Positions 9,783-18,559 of a DNA stretch of 33,310 nt are shown one piece after another. Under the pieces are notes generated by a model, which made no database searches, was not told the origin of the DNA, and saw only the letters and a list, made by a program, of their open reading frames with translations. Location: positions 1-33,310 of the forward strand of contig JBIIYN010000003.1 of NCBI GenBank assembly GCA_044346795.1. Reading direction: 5' to 3'. The position numbers were made by a program, and so were the translations under genes. The first letter of the stretch is position 1. Every line of letters begins with the position of its first letter. Origin of the DNA: Pirellulales bacterium. GTDB taxonomy: Bacteria; Planctomycetota; Planctomycetia; Pirellulales; UBA1268.

Positions 9783-10676
9783 ATGTCCGCCGAAGCACCC
9801 CTCCGTTATCGCTGTCGTCATGCGACGCGTTACGAGTATGAGCAGCCGGTGGTCGGGTCGCACCTGGTGGCCCATCTGGCGCCGCGTCCGCGGGCCGGGC
9901 AGACCGGCAGGCTCACGCGGCTGGTCATCGAGCCGCAGCCGGCGGTGCTGATCGACCGGGTCGACTGGTTCGGCAATCCCGTGCACTATGCGGCGGTCGA
10001 AGAGCCGCATGGCATGCTCACGGTCGAGACCGAGATGGAAGTCGAGGTGCGCATCGCCGCCCCGGCCCACCCCGGGTGCACGGCGCCCTGGGAGACCATT
10101 CGGGCCGCGGCGACGCAGACGGTCGAGACCGCGGATTTCCTGGCCCGGAGTTCGCGGGTCGATGCGGCCCGGTCGCTGCTCGCCGCCTATGCCCGTTCCT
10201 GTTTCCCGGATCGCGTTCCGGTGGCCGTGGGCTGTCACGACCTCATGCATCGGATCCACACGGACTTCGCGTTCGATCCGCAGGCCACCACCGTGAGCAC
10301 GCCGGTCGCCGAAGTCTTCGCCAACCGGCGCGGCGTGTGCCAGGATTTCGCACACCTGATGATCGGCATGCTGCGGTCGCTCGGCCTGCCAGCCCGCTAC
10401 GTGAGCGGCTACATCCGCACGGTGCCACCGGGGACCGGCGCCTGGCGTGGCGCGGAATCGAGCCATGCCTGGGTGCAGGCGTGGTGCGGGGAGGCTGACG
10501 GCTGGCTCGACCTCGATCCGACGAACGCGGTCGCCATCGGCACCGATCACCTCACCGTGGCCTGGGGCCGCGACTATGACGACGTCTCGCCGCTGCGCGG
10601 CGTCATCCTCGGTGGCGGCCGGCATCTGCTCCATGTCGGCGTCCAGGTCGATCGGGTCGATTCTCCGACCGGATGA
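9783..10676 (+). CDS. Transglutaminase-like protein (Bact_transglu_N plus core)
   Basis: YRCRHATRYEY, D.FGN, triad in GVCQDFAH / SHAWVQ / DLDPTN, ARYVSGY and AWGRDYDDVSPLRG. ATG 9783 starts 1 bp after the upstream stop. Confidence 0.92.
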   Translation: MSAEAPLRYRCRHATRYEYEQPVVGSHLVAHLAPRPRAGQTGRLTRLVIEPQPAVLIDRVDWFGNPVHYAAVEEPHGMLTVETEMEVEVRIAAPAHPGCTAPWETIRAAATQTVETADFLARSSRVDAARSLLAAYARSCFPDRVPVAVGCHDLMHRIHTDFAFDPQATTVSTPVAEVFANRRGVCQDFAHLMIGMLRSLGLPARYVSGYIRTVPPGTGAWRGAESSHAWVQAWCGEADGWLDLDPTNAVAIGTDHLTVAWGRDYDDVSPLRGVILGGGRHLLHVGVQVDRVDSPTG

Positions 10677-10685
10677 ATCGCCGTC

Positions 10686-12194
10686 TCACTCCGGTCCACG
10701 GACCAGCTCCACCAGCGGCCGCACGAAGGCGCCCGTGCCGCCGCCGTCGATCCAGGGACGGGGCTTCTCCGCGAAGGCGGGGCCGGCGATGTCGACGTGG
10801 GTCCAGGGGATGCCGCCCACGAACCGCTCGAGGAACTTCGCGGCGGTGATCGCGCCGCCCCAGCGGCCGTCGCCGACGTTCTTGATGTCGGCGACCTCGC
10901 TTTTGATCTGGTCGTCGTAGTCGGGATACATCGGCAGCTGCCAGACCGGCTCGCCGACGGCGCGGGCCGCGCGGGCCACGTCGTCGCAGCAGGCTTGGTC
11001 GTTGGTGAAGAGCCCCGCCACGTCGTGCCCCAGCGCCACCATGCAGGCGCCGGTGAGCGTGGCGGCGTCCACGATCCGTCTCGGCTTGTAGCCGCGGACC
11101 ACGTCGAGCACGTCGGCCAGCACGACCCGGCCCTCGGCGTCGGTGTTGTGCACCTCGATCGTGGTGCCGCTCCGCGCCGTGATCACGTCGCCGAGCTTGT
11201 AGGCCGCCGGGCCGGTCATGTTTTCGACCAGGCCGATGGCCGCGACGAGGTTCACCGGCAGCTTGAGGGCGGCGATCGTGGCGGCGGCCGCAAGCATCGC
11301 GGCGCCTCCCGACATGTCGCACTTCATGGTGAGCATCGAATCGGAGGGTTTGAGCGACAGGCCGCCCGAATCGAAGGTCACGCCCTTGCCGACCAGCGCG
11401 ATGTCGGGCTGGCCGTCGTCGGCCCCCGGCCCCCGGTAGCGGAGGATCACGAGCCTGGGCGCGCGGCTCGAGCCACGACCGACGGCGAGGATCGCCTGGC
11501 ACCGCTCCCGCGCGAGCTGCTCCTCGTCCCAGATGTCGACCTCCATGCCCGTGCGGCCGGCGACGGCCGCCGCCTCCTCGGAGAACGTCTGCGGGTAGCA
11601 GTCGTCGGGCGGCGTGTTCACGAGCCGCCGCGCCAGGTTCACGCCCTCGGCGATCACCACGCCCCGCGCGACCGCCTCCGGCGGCGCCACCAGCCAGATC
11701 GTGCTGCCGAACCGGGTGCGCTTCTTCTCGGCGCGGTAGAGATCCTGCCCCACCATGCCGACCGCGGCGCCCGCCACCGCCTGCTCCGTCTGCCGGGTCG
11801 ACCACGAGCCGTCGGCGACGAACGCGACCTTCGCCCGCGGCCGTCCGGAGAGATGCTTCGCGGCCGTGGCCGCCGCGCGGTACAGCACGCCCGCATCGAC
11901 CTCCTCGCGTTTGCCGAGCCCCACCACCACCAGTTGGCCCGCCCTGATCCCGGGGGCCGCGAGGACGGGCACGCACTCGTACCGCTTGCCGGTGATTTCC
12001 CCGGCCCCGGCCAGCCGGGAGAGCAGTCCGCCGGTCGCCCGGTCGACTTCGGCGACGGCCCCGGAGCCGACGCCCCCCTCGGTGAGAAACGTGACCACCG
12101 CGTCGGCCTCGGTCGTCTCGGGCCGCGCGGCCTGATCGGCGCCGATGCCGCCGGCGGCGCCGCCGGCGCGGAGGTGGGAGAATTCGTGGGTCAT
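10686..12194 (-). CDS. pepA: Leucyl (cytosol) aminopeptidase, peptidase M17
   Basis: LVGKGVTFDSGGLSLK, MKCDMSGGAA, signature NTDAEGR, ATLTGAC..ALG and W.H.DIAG. Confidence 0.95.
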   Translation of the reverse strand: MTHEFSHLRAGGAAGGIGADQAARPETTEADAVVTFLTEGGVGSGAVAEVDRATGGLLSRLAGAGEITGKRYECVPVLAAPGIRAGQLVVVGLGKREEVDAGVLYRAAATAAKHLSGRPRAKVAFVADGSWSTRQTEQAVAGAAVGMVGQDLYRAEKKRTRFGSTIWLVAPPEAVARGVVIAEGVNLARRLVNTPPDDCYPQTFSEEAAAVAGRTGMEVDIWDEEQLARERCQAILAVGRGSSRAPRLVILRYRGPGADDGQPDIALVGKGVTFDSGGLSLKPSDSMLTMKCDMSGGAAMLAAAATIAALKLPVNLVAAIGLVENMTGPAAYKLGDVITARSGTTIEVHNTDAEGRVVLADVLDVVRGYKPRRIVDAATLTGACMVALGHDVAGLFTNDQACCDDVARAARAVGEPVWQLPMYPDYDDQIKSEVADIKNVGDGRWGGAITAAKFLERFVGGIPWTHVDIAGPAFAEKPRPWIDGGGTGAFVRPLVELVRGPE

Positions 12195-12287
12195 GAGTCA
12201 CTCCTGACTGCGGTGGGTGAAGTCACGAATGTAGCGTGTTTCTTCGGTCTCGGGAGCGCTGTTGCCGACGCCTTGGATAGCGCCCAC

Positions 12288-12314
12288 CCCGTCGCTGACG
12301 CTCCGGGATTTTAT
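12288..12314 (-). repeat. 27-bp REP-like extragenic repeat, copy A
   Basis: The minus strand reads ATAAAATCCCGGAGCGTCAGCGACGGG, which is 24/27 identical to 29275-29301. Confidence 0.7.
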
Positions 12315-12356
12315 TTGACGTTGGGTGACCGTCGTCGGATGCGTGCCGTTTGTCGA

Positions 12357-12383
12357 ATAAAAGCCCCGGGCGTAGGCCCGGGG
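12357..12383 (+). repeat. REP-like palindrome (variant copy C); may also act as terminator of the MMPL gene on the minus strand
   Basis: ATAAAAGCCCCGGGCGTAGGCCCGGGA contains a perfect 7-bp stem CCCGGGC/GCCCGGG with a GTAG loop. On the minus strand the stem follows the stop at 12392 and precedes GCTTTTATT. It shares the ATAAAAGCCC start with copy B. Confidence 0.6.
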
Positions 12384-12391
12384 ATTGCTAG

Positions 12392-14689
12392 CTATTTGAG
12401 CCGGGGGGCGAGGAGCGAGAGCAGCACCGGGAGCACGACCAGGTTGCCGAACAGGCCGCCGGTGAGCGTGAGGCAGGAGAGCGCCCCGAACGAGACGGTG
12501 GGGATGAACCCGCTGGTGGTGAGCGCGAGGAAACCGACCACGAGGGCGAGCGTGGAGAAGATCATCGCCCGGCCGGCGGTCTGGTGGGCGGCCTCGAGCG
12601 CGGCGGCGGTCGAGTGGCCCGTCGCCAGCCGGCGGCGGAAGGAGACGAGGTAGTGGATCGAGCTGTCCACCGACAGCCCCATCGAGACGGCGGCGATCAT
12701 CGCCGTGCCCATGTTGATCCGTTCCCCCGCCCAGCCCAGGAGGCCGAGTACCACGAAGATCGGCAGGGCGTTGGGCACGAGCGCCACCGCCGCGATGAGC
12801 GGGCTGCGGAAACTCACCGCGAGCAGGGCGAAGATTCCCGCCGCGGCGAGGAGAAACGTCAGCCACTGGTCCGAGAGCATCCGCTCGACGAGCTGGGCCA
12901 GGAGCACGAAGAAGCCGGTCACCTCCCCGGCCGGGCGGCCGTCGCGGGCGGGAAATTCCTCGGCCACGATCCGGTTGACCTGCTCGATGATCGTCCGCTT
13001 CCGCGGCGCGGGCTGCCGTTCGTGCGACCGCAGCATCACCCGCAGCCAGGTCGAGCCGTCCTCGGGATCGCGGCCGACGAGCGTGCGACCCAGCTGGGGC
13101 AGCTGTTTTTGCATCAGGTCGAGGGCCCCGGTCACGAGCCAGTTGCCAAGCTGCGTGCGCTGCAGCCGCTCGAGGGAAATCGGCGACACGGCCGCCAGCA
13201 CGTCGGCGAGGCTCATCACCTTCGTGAGCCCGGCCACGGGGCGGCCGTCGTCGCCCGGAATCTTCACCTCGGTCCGCAGCCGCTCCTCGAGCCGGGCCAC
13301 GGCGCCGAGCAGCCTGCCGTCGATCGCGTCGCCGGCGGGCACGAGCACGTCCCAGACCCCGGCGCCGCCGAGCCGCGACTCGATCATGTCGTAGGAGGTG
13401 ACCACCGGGCTCGACCGCCGGAAGTTGCGGGTGAAATCGGTCTCCACCTCGAGCCAACGCATCCCCGCCACCGCCGCGGCCACGAGCACGGCCGACGCCA
13501 GCAGGATCGGGCCGGGGTGCCGCACGATCCGCCGCACCAGGCCGTCGAGCCCGCGCTCCAGGATGCCTTCCCCCCAGGCCCGCCGCGGGTCGGCATCGAA
13601 CCGTCCCCACAGCGAGAGGAAGGGCACGGCGATCGCCACCGCGACGAGCACCATCACCGCGCCCACGCTCGTCATGACGCCGAAATCGTGGACGGGGCCG
13701 ACGCGGCTGGCGATCAACGATCCGAAGCCGATGACGTCGGTGGCGATCGAGCCCACCACCGGCCAGAACAGGATGGAGAGGGTGCGCTCGAGCGCCGTGA
13801 CCGGCGGCAGGCCCTCCTCCCGCTGCCGGCGGAACTCCACGATCACGTGCACCACGGTGGCGATCGCCACCACCGTGACCATCGCTGAGAGCATCGTGGA
13901 GACCATCGTCAGCTTGAGATCGATGACCGCGAGCACACCCCGCGTGCTCCAGAGCGCGAGGAGCACCACGGCCAGGGGAACGATCAGCCAGCGGAGGCTG
14001 CGGAACGAGACGAGCAGCACGGCGCCGGCGAGGAGGCCGCTGGCCGTGCCGAGGAGATTGCCGTCGCGTTTGAGCATGGCGAACCCGTCGCGCAGCATCA
14101 CGGGTTCGCCGGCGACGGTGCCCGCGGGAAGCTTCGTCACGACGTCGCGGATCCGATCGATGGCGTCGGCCCGCGAGGCGGCCTGCTCGTGCGCCGACGG
14201 ACGCGGCTGTCCGGTGGCCGACGCCGCGGGCGGTGACGCGAGCACGCAGACGACCGCGGCGGTGCGGTGGTCGGCGCCGACGGCATAGCCTTCGAGCAGC
14301 TCGACGAGCCGACGAGCCATCGGGCTCGTGTCGGTGTCGATGATGCGGTTGCCCAGCGGCGTGTCGGCGAGGCTCGTGGCGGAGGCGACTCCCGGCAACG
14401 TGGCGAGCGTGTCGGTGAGCCCGCGCAGCCGTTCGATGCCCGGCGGTGAGAAGAGCTCCGGATCGTCGTAGGCCGCGAGCACCACCTCGCTCGAACCGAA
14501 GGAGCGGATCATCCGCCGGTAGGGAACCAGTGCCGGGTCGGCGCGGTCGAACATCGTGTCGATGGACCGCGAGAACTCGAGCCGTCGCGATTCCGCGACC
14601 GAGAGGATCGTCATCACCACCGCGACGACGGCCAGGAGATTCCGGTGGTGCACGAGCAAGGCGGCGACACGGTCGGCAACCGCTTGCAT
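12392..14689 (-). CDS. MMPL/RND-family membrane transporter
   Basis: Two repeats of one TM, a periplasmic loop and several TMs. Motifs include VAGEPV, SFRSLR, TDVIGFGSL, VHDFG, VTGFFVL, GLSVDSSIH and GRAMIFST. Start placed at ATG 14689 (MQAVADRV); the upstream extension in the ORF track looks non-coding. Confidence 0.88.
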   Translation of the reverse strand: MQAVADRVAALLVHHRNLLAVVAVVMTILSVAESRRLEFSRSIDTMFDRADPALVPYRRMIRSFGSSEVVLAAYDDPELFSPPGIERLRGLTDTLATLPGVASATSLADTPLGNRIIDTDTSPMARRLVELLEGYAVGADHRTAAVVCVLASPPAASATGQPRPSAHEQAASRADAIDRIRDVVTKLPAGTVAGEPVMLRDGFAMLKRDGNLLGTASGLLAGAVLLVSFRSLRWLIVPLAVVLLALWSTRGVLAVIDLKLTMVSTMLSAMVTVVAIATVVHVIVEFRRQREEGLPPVTALERTLSILFWPVVGSIATDVIGFGSLIASRVGPVHDFGVMTSVGAVMVLVAVAIAVPFLSLWGRFDADPRRAWGEGILERGLDGLVRRIVRHPGPILLASAVLVAAAVAGMRWLEVETDFTRNFRRSSPVVTSYDMIESRLGGAGVWDVLVPAGDAIDGRLLGAVARLEERLRTEVKIPGDDGRPVAGLTKVMSLADVLAAVSPISLERLQRTQLGNWLVTGALDLMQKQLPQLGRTLVGRDPEDGSTWLRVMLRSHERQPAPRKRTIIEQVNRIVAEEFPARDGRPAGEVTGFFVLLAQLVERMLSDQWLTFLLAAAGIFALLAVSFRSPLIAAVALVPNALPIFVVLGLLGWAGERINMGTAMIAAVSMGLSVDSSIHYLVSFRRRLATGHSTAAALEAAHQTAGRAMIFSTLALVVGFLALTTSGFIPTVSFGALSCLTLTGGLFGNLVVLPVLLSLLAPRLK

Positions 14690-15117
14690 GGATCTGCTCT
14701 CGCGATGCGGGGGGAGGGACGAGGCGGGGAGAGGCTGGCAGGAAGGACCGAGTGGCGGGCCGCGCAGGGAAGGGACGGTCGGGAGGGAAGGGAAGGTCGG
14801 GGCCGACGCGGGCGACCAGCCCGAGAGCCGGGAACGGAGCGATCCAGAGCGTCGGGAGAAGTATGGTACCGCGAGGCCGGGATGGCAGTCTGGGCGGATC
14901 ACGCGAGGTGGCAGTCTGCCCGTCTTGACGGCAAGGCCGTCGCCCGGATTTCCCAGACTGCCTCGAGCGGCCACAAGCTGGCCGAACCTGCTCCGATCGG
15001 ACGTTTGGCGGACGCCCGGCGGCGCACCGCGACCGATCGGCCCCACGCCTTCGCGAGGCCATCGATAACCCCTTTTCTGGTCACGACTTGTGGAGCCGGT
15101 CCGGCCGCCGCAACGCC

Positions 15118-15147
15118 TTGACCCCTCCGCGCGGGCACTCCTATAGT
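15118..15147 (+). promoter_or_regulatory. Putative sigma70 promoter for the LptD-like gene
   Basis: TTGACC-N18-TATAGT; both hexamers match consensus at 5/6 in a GC-rich background, about 55 nt upstream of GTG 15202. Confidence 0.6.
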
Positions 15148-15201
15148 CCCGCGCTTTTTGCGGCCCGGTCCGTTTTCACCCCCAGAGCCCCAGTTTCAAG
15201 C

Positions 15202-18200
15202 GTGCATTCACCCGTCGACCACGCCACCGCTGCGCCTTCGCGACGGCGGGCCTCGTGCCCGTCGCGCCGCGGGTCTGCGCCCCCTCGCCGCAAAGCGCGG
15301 TGGTGGCTGGCGTGCGCGGTGGCATGCGTGTCGATGCACACCGGTCTGTCGCGAGTTTCGGCGCAGGAAACCGTCGCGGCTCAGCCCTTCGAGGAAACCG
15401 CCACCGCCGGCGCGCTGGTCTCGTTGCCGGCACGCGGACTCGCGGCCGCCATCGCCGAGGCGGGACGGATCGAGGTGCCGTCGGCCGATCCGCGTGAGCG
15501 GGTCACGATTCGCGCCACGCAGGCGTCACGGTGGACCGAAGGTTCCTACGACGTCTGGCACCTGACGGGTGGTGTGCGCATCGGGCAGGGAGCGACCGAG
15601 GCGACGGCGCACGAGGCGGTGGTCTGGATCGAGCAGGAGCCCGTGTCCACGGATGACGGCGCCGTCGGCGAAGGCGACGGACGGTCCCAGCCGCCGGCCG
15701 TCCGCAGCGTGCTCGTGCGGATGGCGGGCAACGTGACGGTGCAGACGGGGACGGCGGCCGCCGCGGCCGCGGCGACGAAGGTCCGCGGTCCGCGGTGGAC
15801 GGGCCGTTTCTGGATGGCGGGCGAACCGACGCTCGAGTTCGCGAGCATCGTGCCCGCGGCGGGAACGCCGCCGATCTACGAGGCGCCCGCCGACAGCGTC
15901 GTGCCGGTGGCGTATGAAGCCGCGGCGGAGACGGCCGCGGAGGAGCCGATCCAGCGGGCGCAGTTCAGCGAGTTCGGCGCGGCCCCGGTGCCGCAGGTGA
16001 GCACCGCCACGACCGCGCGGCGGCTGCGGGCCTTCCCGCGGTCGAGCGTGCCGCTCAACATCCGCTGGTTCCCGAGCCCGGCGGGGAACGAGTGGGTGGC
16101 GGTGATCACGTCGGGGGTGAACCTCGTCGTGGACGGTGTCGATCCGGCGGGCCCGCTCGACATCTCCGCCGACCGGCTCGTGATCTGGACCCGCGGGCAG
16201 GCCCAGCCCGACCTCGATGGCAATGCCGCGCAGGCTGCCGACGTACCCCTGGAACTCTACATGGAGGGCAACGTCATCTTCCGGCAGGGGCAGCGGGTGG
16301 TCGAGGCGGTGAGCATGTTCTACGACGTGCCCCGGTCGAGCGGCGTGATCACCGGCGCCACGGTGCTCACGCCGGTCGACAACTATTCCGGCGTCGTGCG
16401 GCTGCGGGCCGACGTGCTGCGGCAGGTGGACCGCAGCCGGTTCGTCGCCCAGCGGACGGGCCTCACCTCGAGCCGGCTGGGCGTGCCGAGCTGGGAGTTC
16501 CGTTCGCGCGAACTCGAATTCACCGACGAGCAGGTGCCGCTGGCCGGCCCCGACGGCCAGCGGGCCATCGATCCGGCCACCGGCGAGCCGGCCGTCGAGC
16601 ACCAGCAGTTCATCACCAGCCGTGGCAACACCGTCACGCTCGGCGGCGTGCCGGTGCTCTGGTGGCCGGTGCTCGCGACCAACGCGAAGAAGCCCACCTT
16701 CTACATCAACAACGCCCAGATCAAGAACGACCGCATCTTCGGCGCGCAATTGCTCACCAGCTGGGACGCCTTCCAGGTGTTCGGCTGGCGACGGCCGCCG
16801 GACGGCGTCGACTGGGACTTCGACGTCGATTATCTCAGCCTCCGCGGCCCCGGCGGCGGCACGTCGCTGCTCTACAACCGTCCCGACTTCCTCGGCTACG
16901 GCGGGCCCGCCAGCGGCGACCTCGACGCCTGGTTCATCGGCGACGTGGGCCGCGACAACCTCGGCCTCTACCGCCGCGACTTCACCTATCCAGGGTTTCC
17001 CAGCCGCACGTTCCGCGGCCGCTCCTTCTGGCGGCATCGGCAGGACCTCGGCGGATCGACCGAGAGCTTCTTCGGCGGCTGGCAGGCCCGGGGCACGGCC
17101 GGCTGGATCAGCGACATGAACTTCCTCGAGGAGTATTACGAGGCGGAGTGGGAGGAGGGCTACGAGCAGCGGACCTGGCTCGACCTCCGCCGGCCGATCG
17201 AAAACCGCGAGCTGCGGCTGCTCACGAGCGTGCGGGTCAACCCGTTCTTCACGCAGAGCGAGTGGTGGCCGCGGCTCGACCACTACTGGCTGGGGCAGCC
17301 CCTCCTGCAGGACTCATTGACGTGGTACCAGCACTCGGGCGTGTCGTACGTGCGGCAGAACCTGCCGCAGACGCCGACCGTGGGGCAGGGCCGCAACATC
17401 TGGACGACGCTGCCCTACGAAAACAACGTCATCGGCGAGCGGCTGGCGACGCGGCACGAGATCGACCTGCCGTTCCAGGCGGGGGCGGTGAAGGTCGTGC
17501 CCTATGCGCTCGGCGAACTGGCCCACTGGGGGCAGGACATCACCCAGTCGCCGATCGACCGTGCCTACGGCCAGGTGGGCATCCGCTCGACGCTGCCGAT
17601 GTGGACGAGCGACGACAGCGTGGAGAGTCAGCTGTGGAACGTGCACGGCCTGGCGCACAAGCTGGTGTGGGAGGCGGAGTTCTCCTACGCCAACAGCACG
17701 CAGAGCATCCAGCAGTTCCCGCTCTACGACCAGATCGACGACGACACGATCAACCAGTACCGCCGCAACATCCCCTACTGGGATTACGGCGCGATTCCGG
17801 GGCAGGCCACGCCGCTCCAGAATCCCTTCGTGTTCGGCCCGGGGAACAAGTACGACCCACGGACCTACGCGGTCCGCCGCGGCATGGGCGGGTGGGTGAC
17901 CGGGCCGACGGAGATCGCCAACGACCTCACCGTCTTCCGGCTCGGGGCCCGGCAGCGGTGGCAGACGAAGCGTGGACCGATGGGCAACCGGCGGATCATC
18001 GACTGGATCGTCTTCGACGTCGACGGCGAGCTCTTCCCGACGAACAGCCAGAACTTCGGGCAGACGATGGGGCTCTGGCAGTACGACTTCCGCTGGCACG
18101 TGGGCGACCGCACCACGCTGTTGTCGACGGCCGACGTCGACTTCTTCACCGGCGGCCAGCAGCTCTACACGTTCGGCGCGCTGCTCAACCGCACGCCGCG

Positions 18201-18525
18201 CGGCAGCTTCTACATCGGCTTCAACGAGTTCGGCGGACCGATCGAGGCCAGCGTGCTCACCGGCTCCTACACCTACCGGATGAGCCCCAAGTGGGCGAGC
18301 TCCTTCGGCACGGCGCTCAACCTCAAGGGGATGAACATCGGCCAGAACTTCCAGCTCGTGCGGATCGGTGAGTCGTTCCTGATGACGTTCGGCTTCAACG
18401 TCGACTACAGCCGCAACAACGTGGGCGTGACGTTCAACCTCGAGCCGCGGTTCCTGTCGCGGACGCAGTTCGCCAGCCGCACGGGCCTCGACATCCCGAT
18501 GGCGGGCGCCTACGGGCTCGAGTGA
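15202..18525 (+). CDS. Large LptD/OstA-like outer-membrane beta-barrel protein (LPS assembly / organic solvent tolerance family)
   Basis: Signal-like segment (RRKARWWLACAVACV...SA-QE), OstA-like beta-jellyroll stretches (ELYMEGNVIFRQGQRVVEA..MFYD), and LGGVPVLWWP, typical of LptD. A long aromatic-rich amphipathic beta region follows (DYLSLRG.G.G, SD.NFLEEYY). The start is uncertain. Confidence 0.72.
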   Translation: MHSPVDHATAAPSRRRASCPSRRGSAPPRRKARWWLACAVACVSMHTGLSRVSAQETVAAQPFEETATAGALVSLPARGLAAAIAEAGRIEVPSADPRERVTIRATQASRWTEGSYDVWHLTGGVRIGQGATEATAHEAVVWIEQEPVSTDDGAVGEGDGRSQPPAVRSVLVRMAGNVTVQTGTAAAAAAATKVRGPRWTGRFWMAGEPTLEFASIVPAAGTPPIYEAPADSVVPVAYEAAAETAAEEPIQRAQFSEFGAAPVPQVSTATTARRLRAFPRSSVPLNIRWFPSPAGNEWVAVITSGVNLVVDGVDPAGPLDISADRLVIWTRGQAQPDLDGNAAQAADVPLELYMEGNVIFRQGQRVVEAVSMFYDVPRSSGVITGATVLTPVDNYSGVVRLRADVLRQVDRSRFVAQRTGLTSSRLGVPSWEFRSRELEFTDEQVPLAGPDGQRAIDPATGEPAVEHQQFITSRGNTVTLGGVPVLWWPVLATNAKKPTFYINNAQIKNDRIFGAQLLTSWDAFQVFGWRRPPDGVDWDFDVDYLSLRGPGGGTSLLYNRPDFLGYGGPASGDLDAWFIGDVGRDNLGLYRRDFTYPGFPSRTFRGRSFWRHRQDLGGSTESFFGGWQARGTAGWISDMNFLEEYYEAEWEEGYEQRTWLDLRRPIENRELRLLTSVRVNPFFTQSEWWPRLDHYWLGQPLLQDSLTWYQHSGVSYVRQNLPQTPTVGQGRNIWTTLPYENNVIGERLATRHEIDLPFQAGAVKVVPYALGELAHWGQDITQSPIDRAYGQVGIRSTLPMWTSDDSVESQLWNVHGLAHKLVWEAEFSYANSTQSIQQFPLYDQIDDDTINQYRRNIPYWDYGAIPGQATPLQNPFVFGPGNKYDPRTYAVRRGMGGWVTGPTEIANDLTVFRLGARQRWQTKRGPMGNRRIIDWIVFDVDGELFPTNSQNFGQTMGLWQYDFRWHVGDRTTLLSTADVDFFTGGQQLYTFGALLNRTPRGSFYIGFNEFGGPIEASVLTGSYTYRMSPKWASSFGTALNLKGMNIGQNFQLVRIGESFLMTFGFNVDYSRNNVGVTFNLEPRFLSRTQFASRTGLDIPMAGAYGLE

Positions 18526-18559
18526 GCGAGGGTCCGTCGCCTAGTCAGGGAGATCCGTC

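Noticed and set aside
12198-15062. 954-aa Arg/Pro/Ala-rich minus-strand ORF, and the 119-aa N-terminal extension of the MMPL ORF
   Set aside because: The first is an off-frame shadow of the MMPL gene. The extension runs through low-complexity intergenic sequence that lacks coding-like composition.
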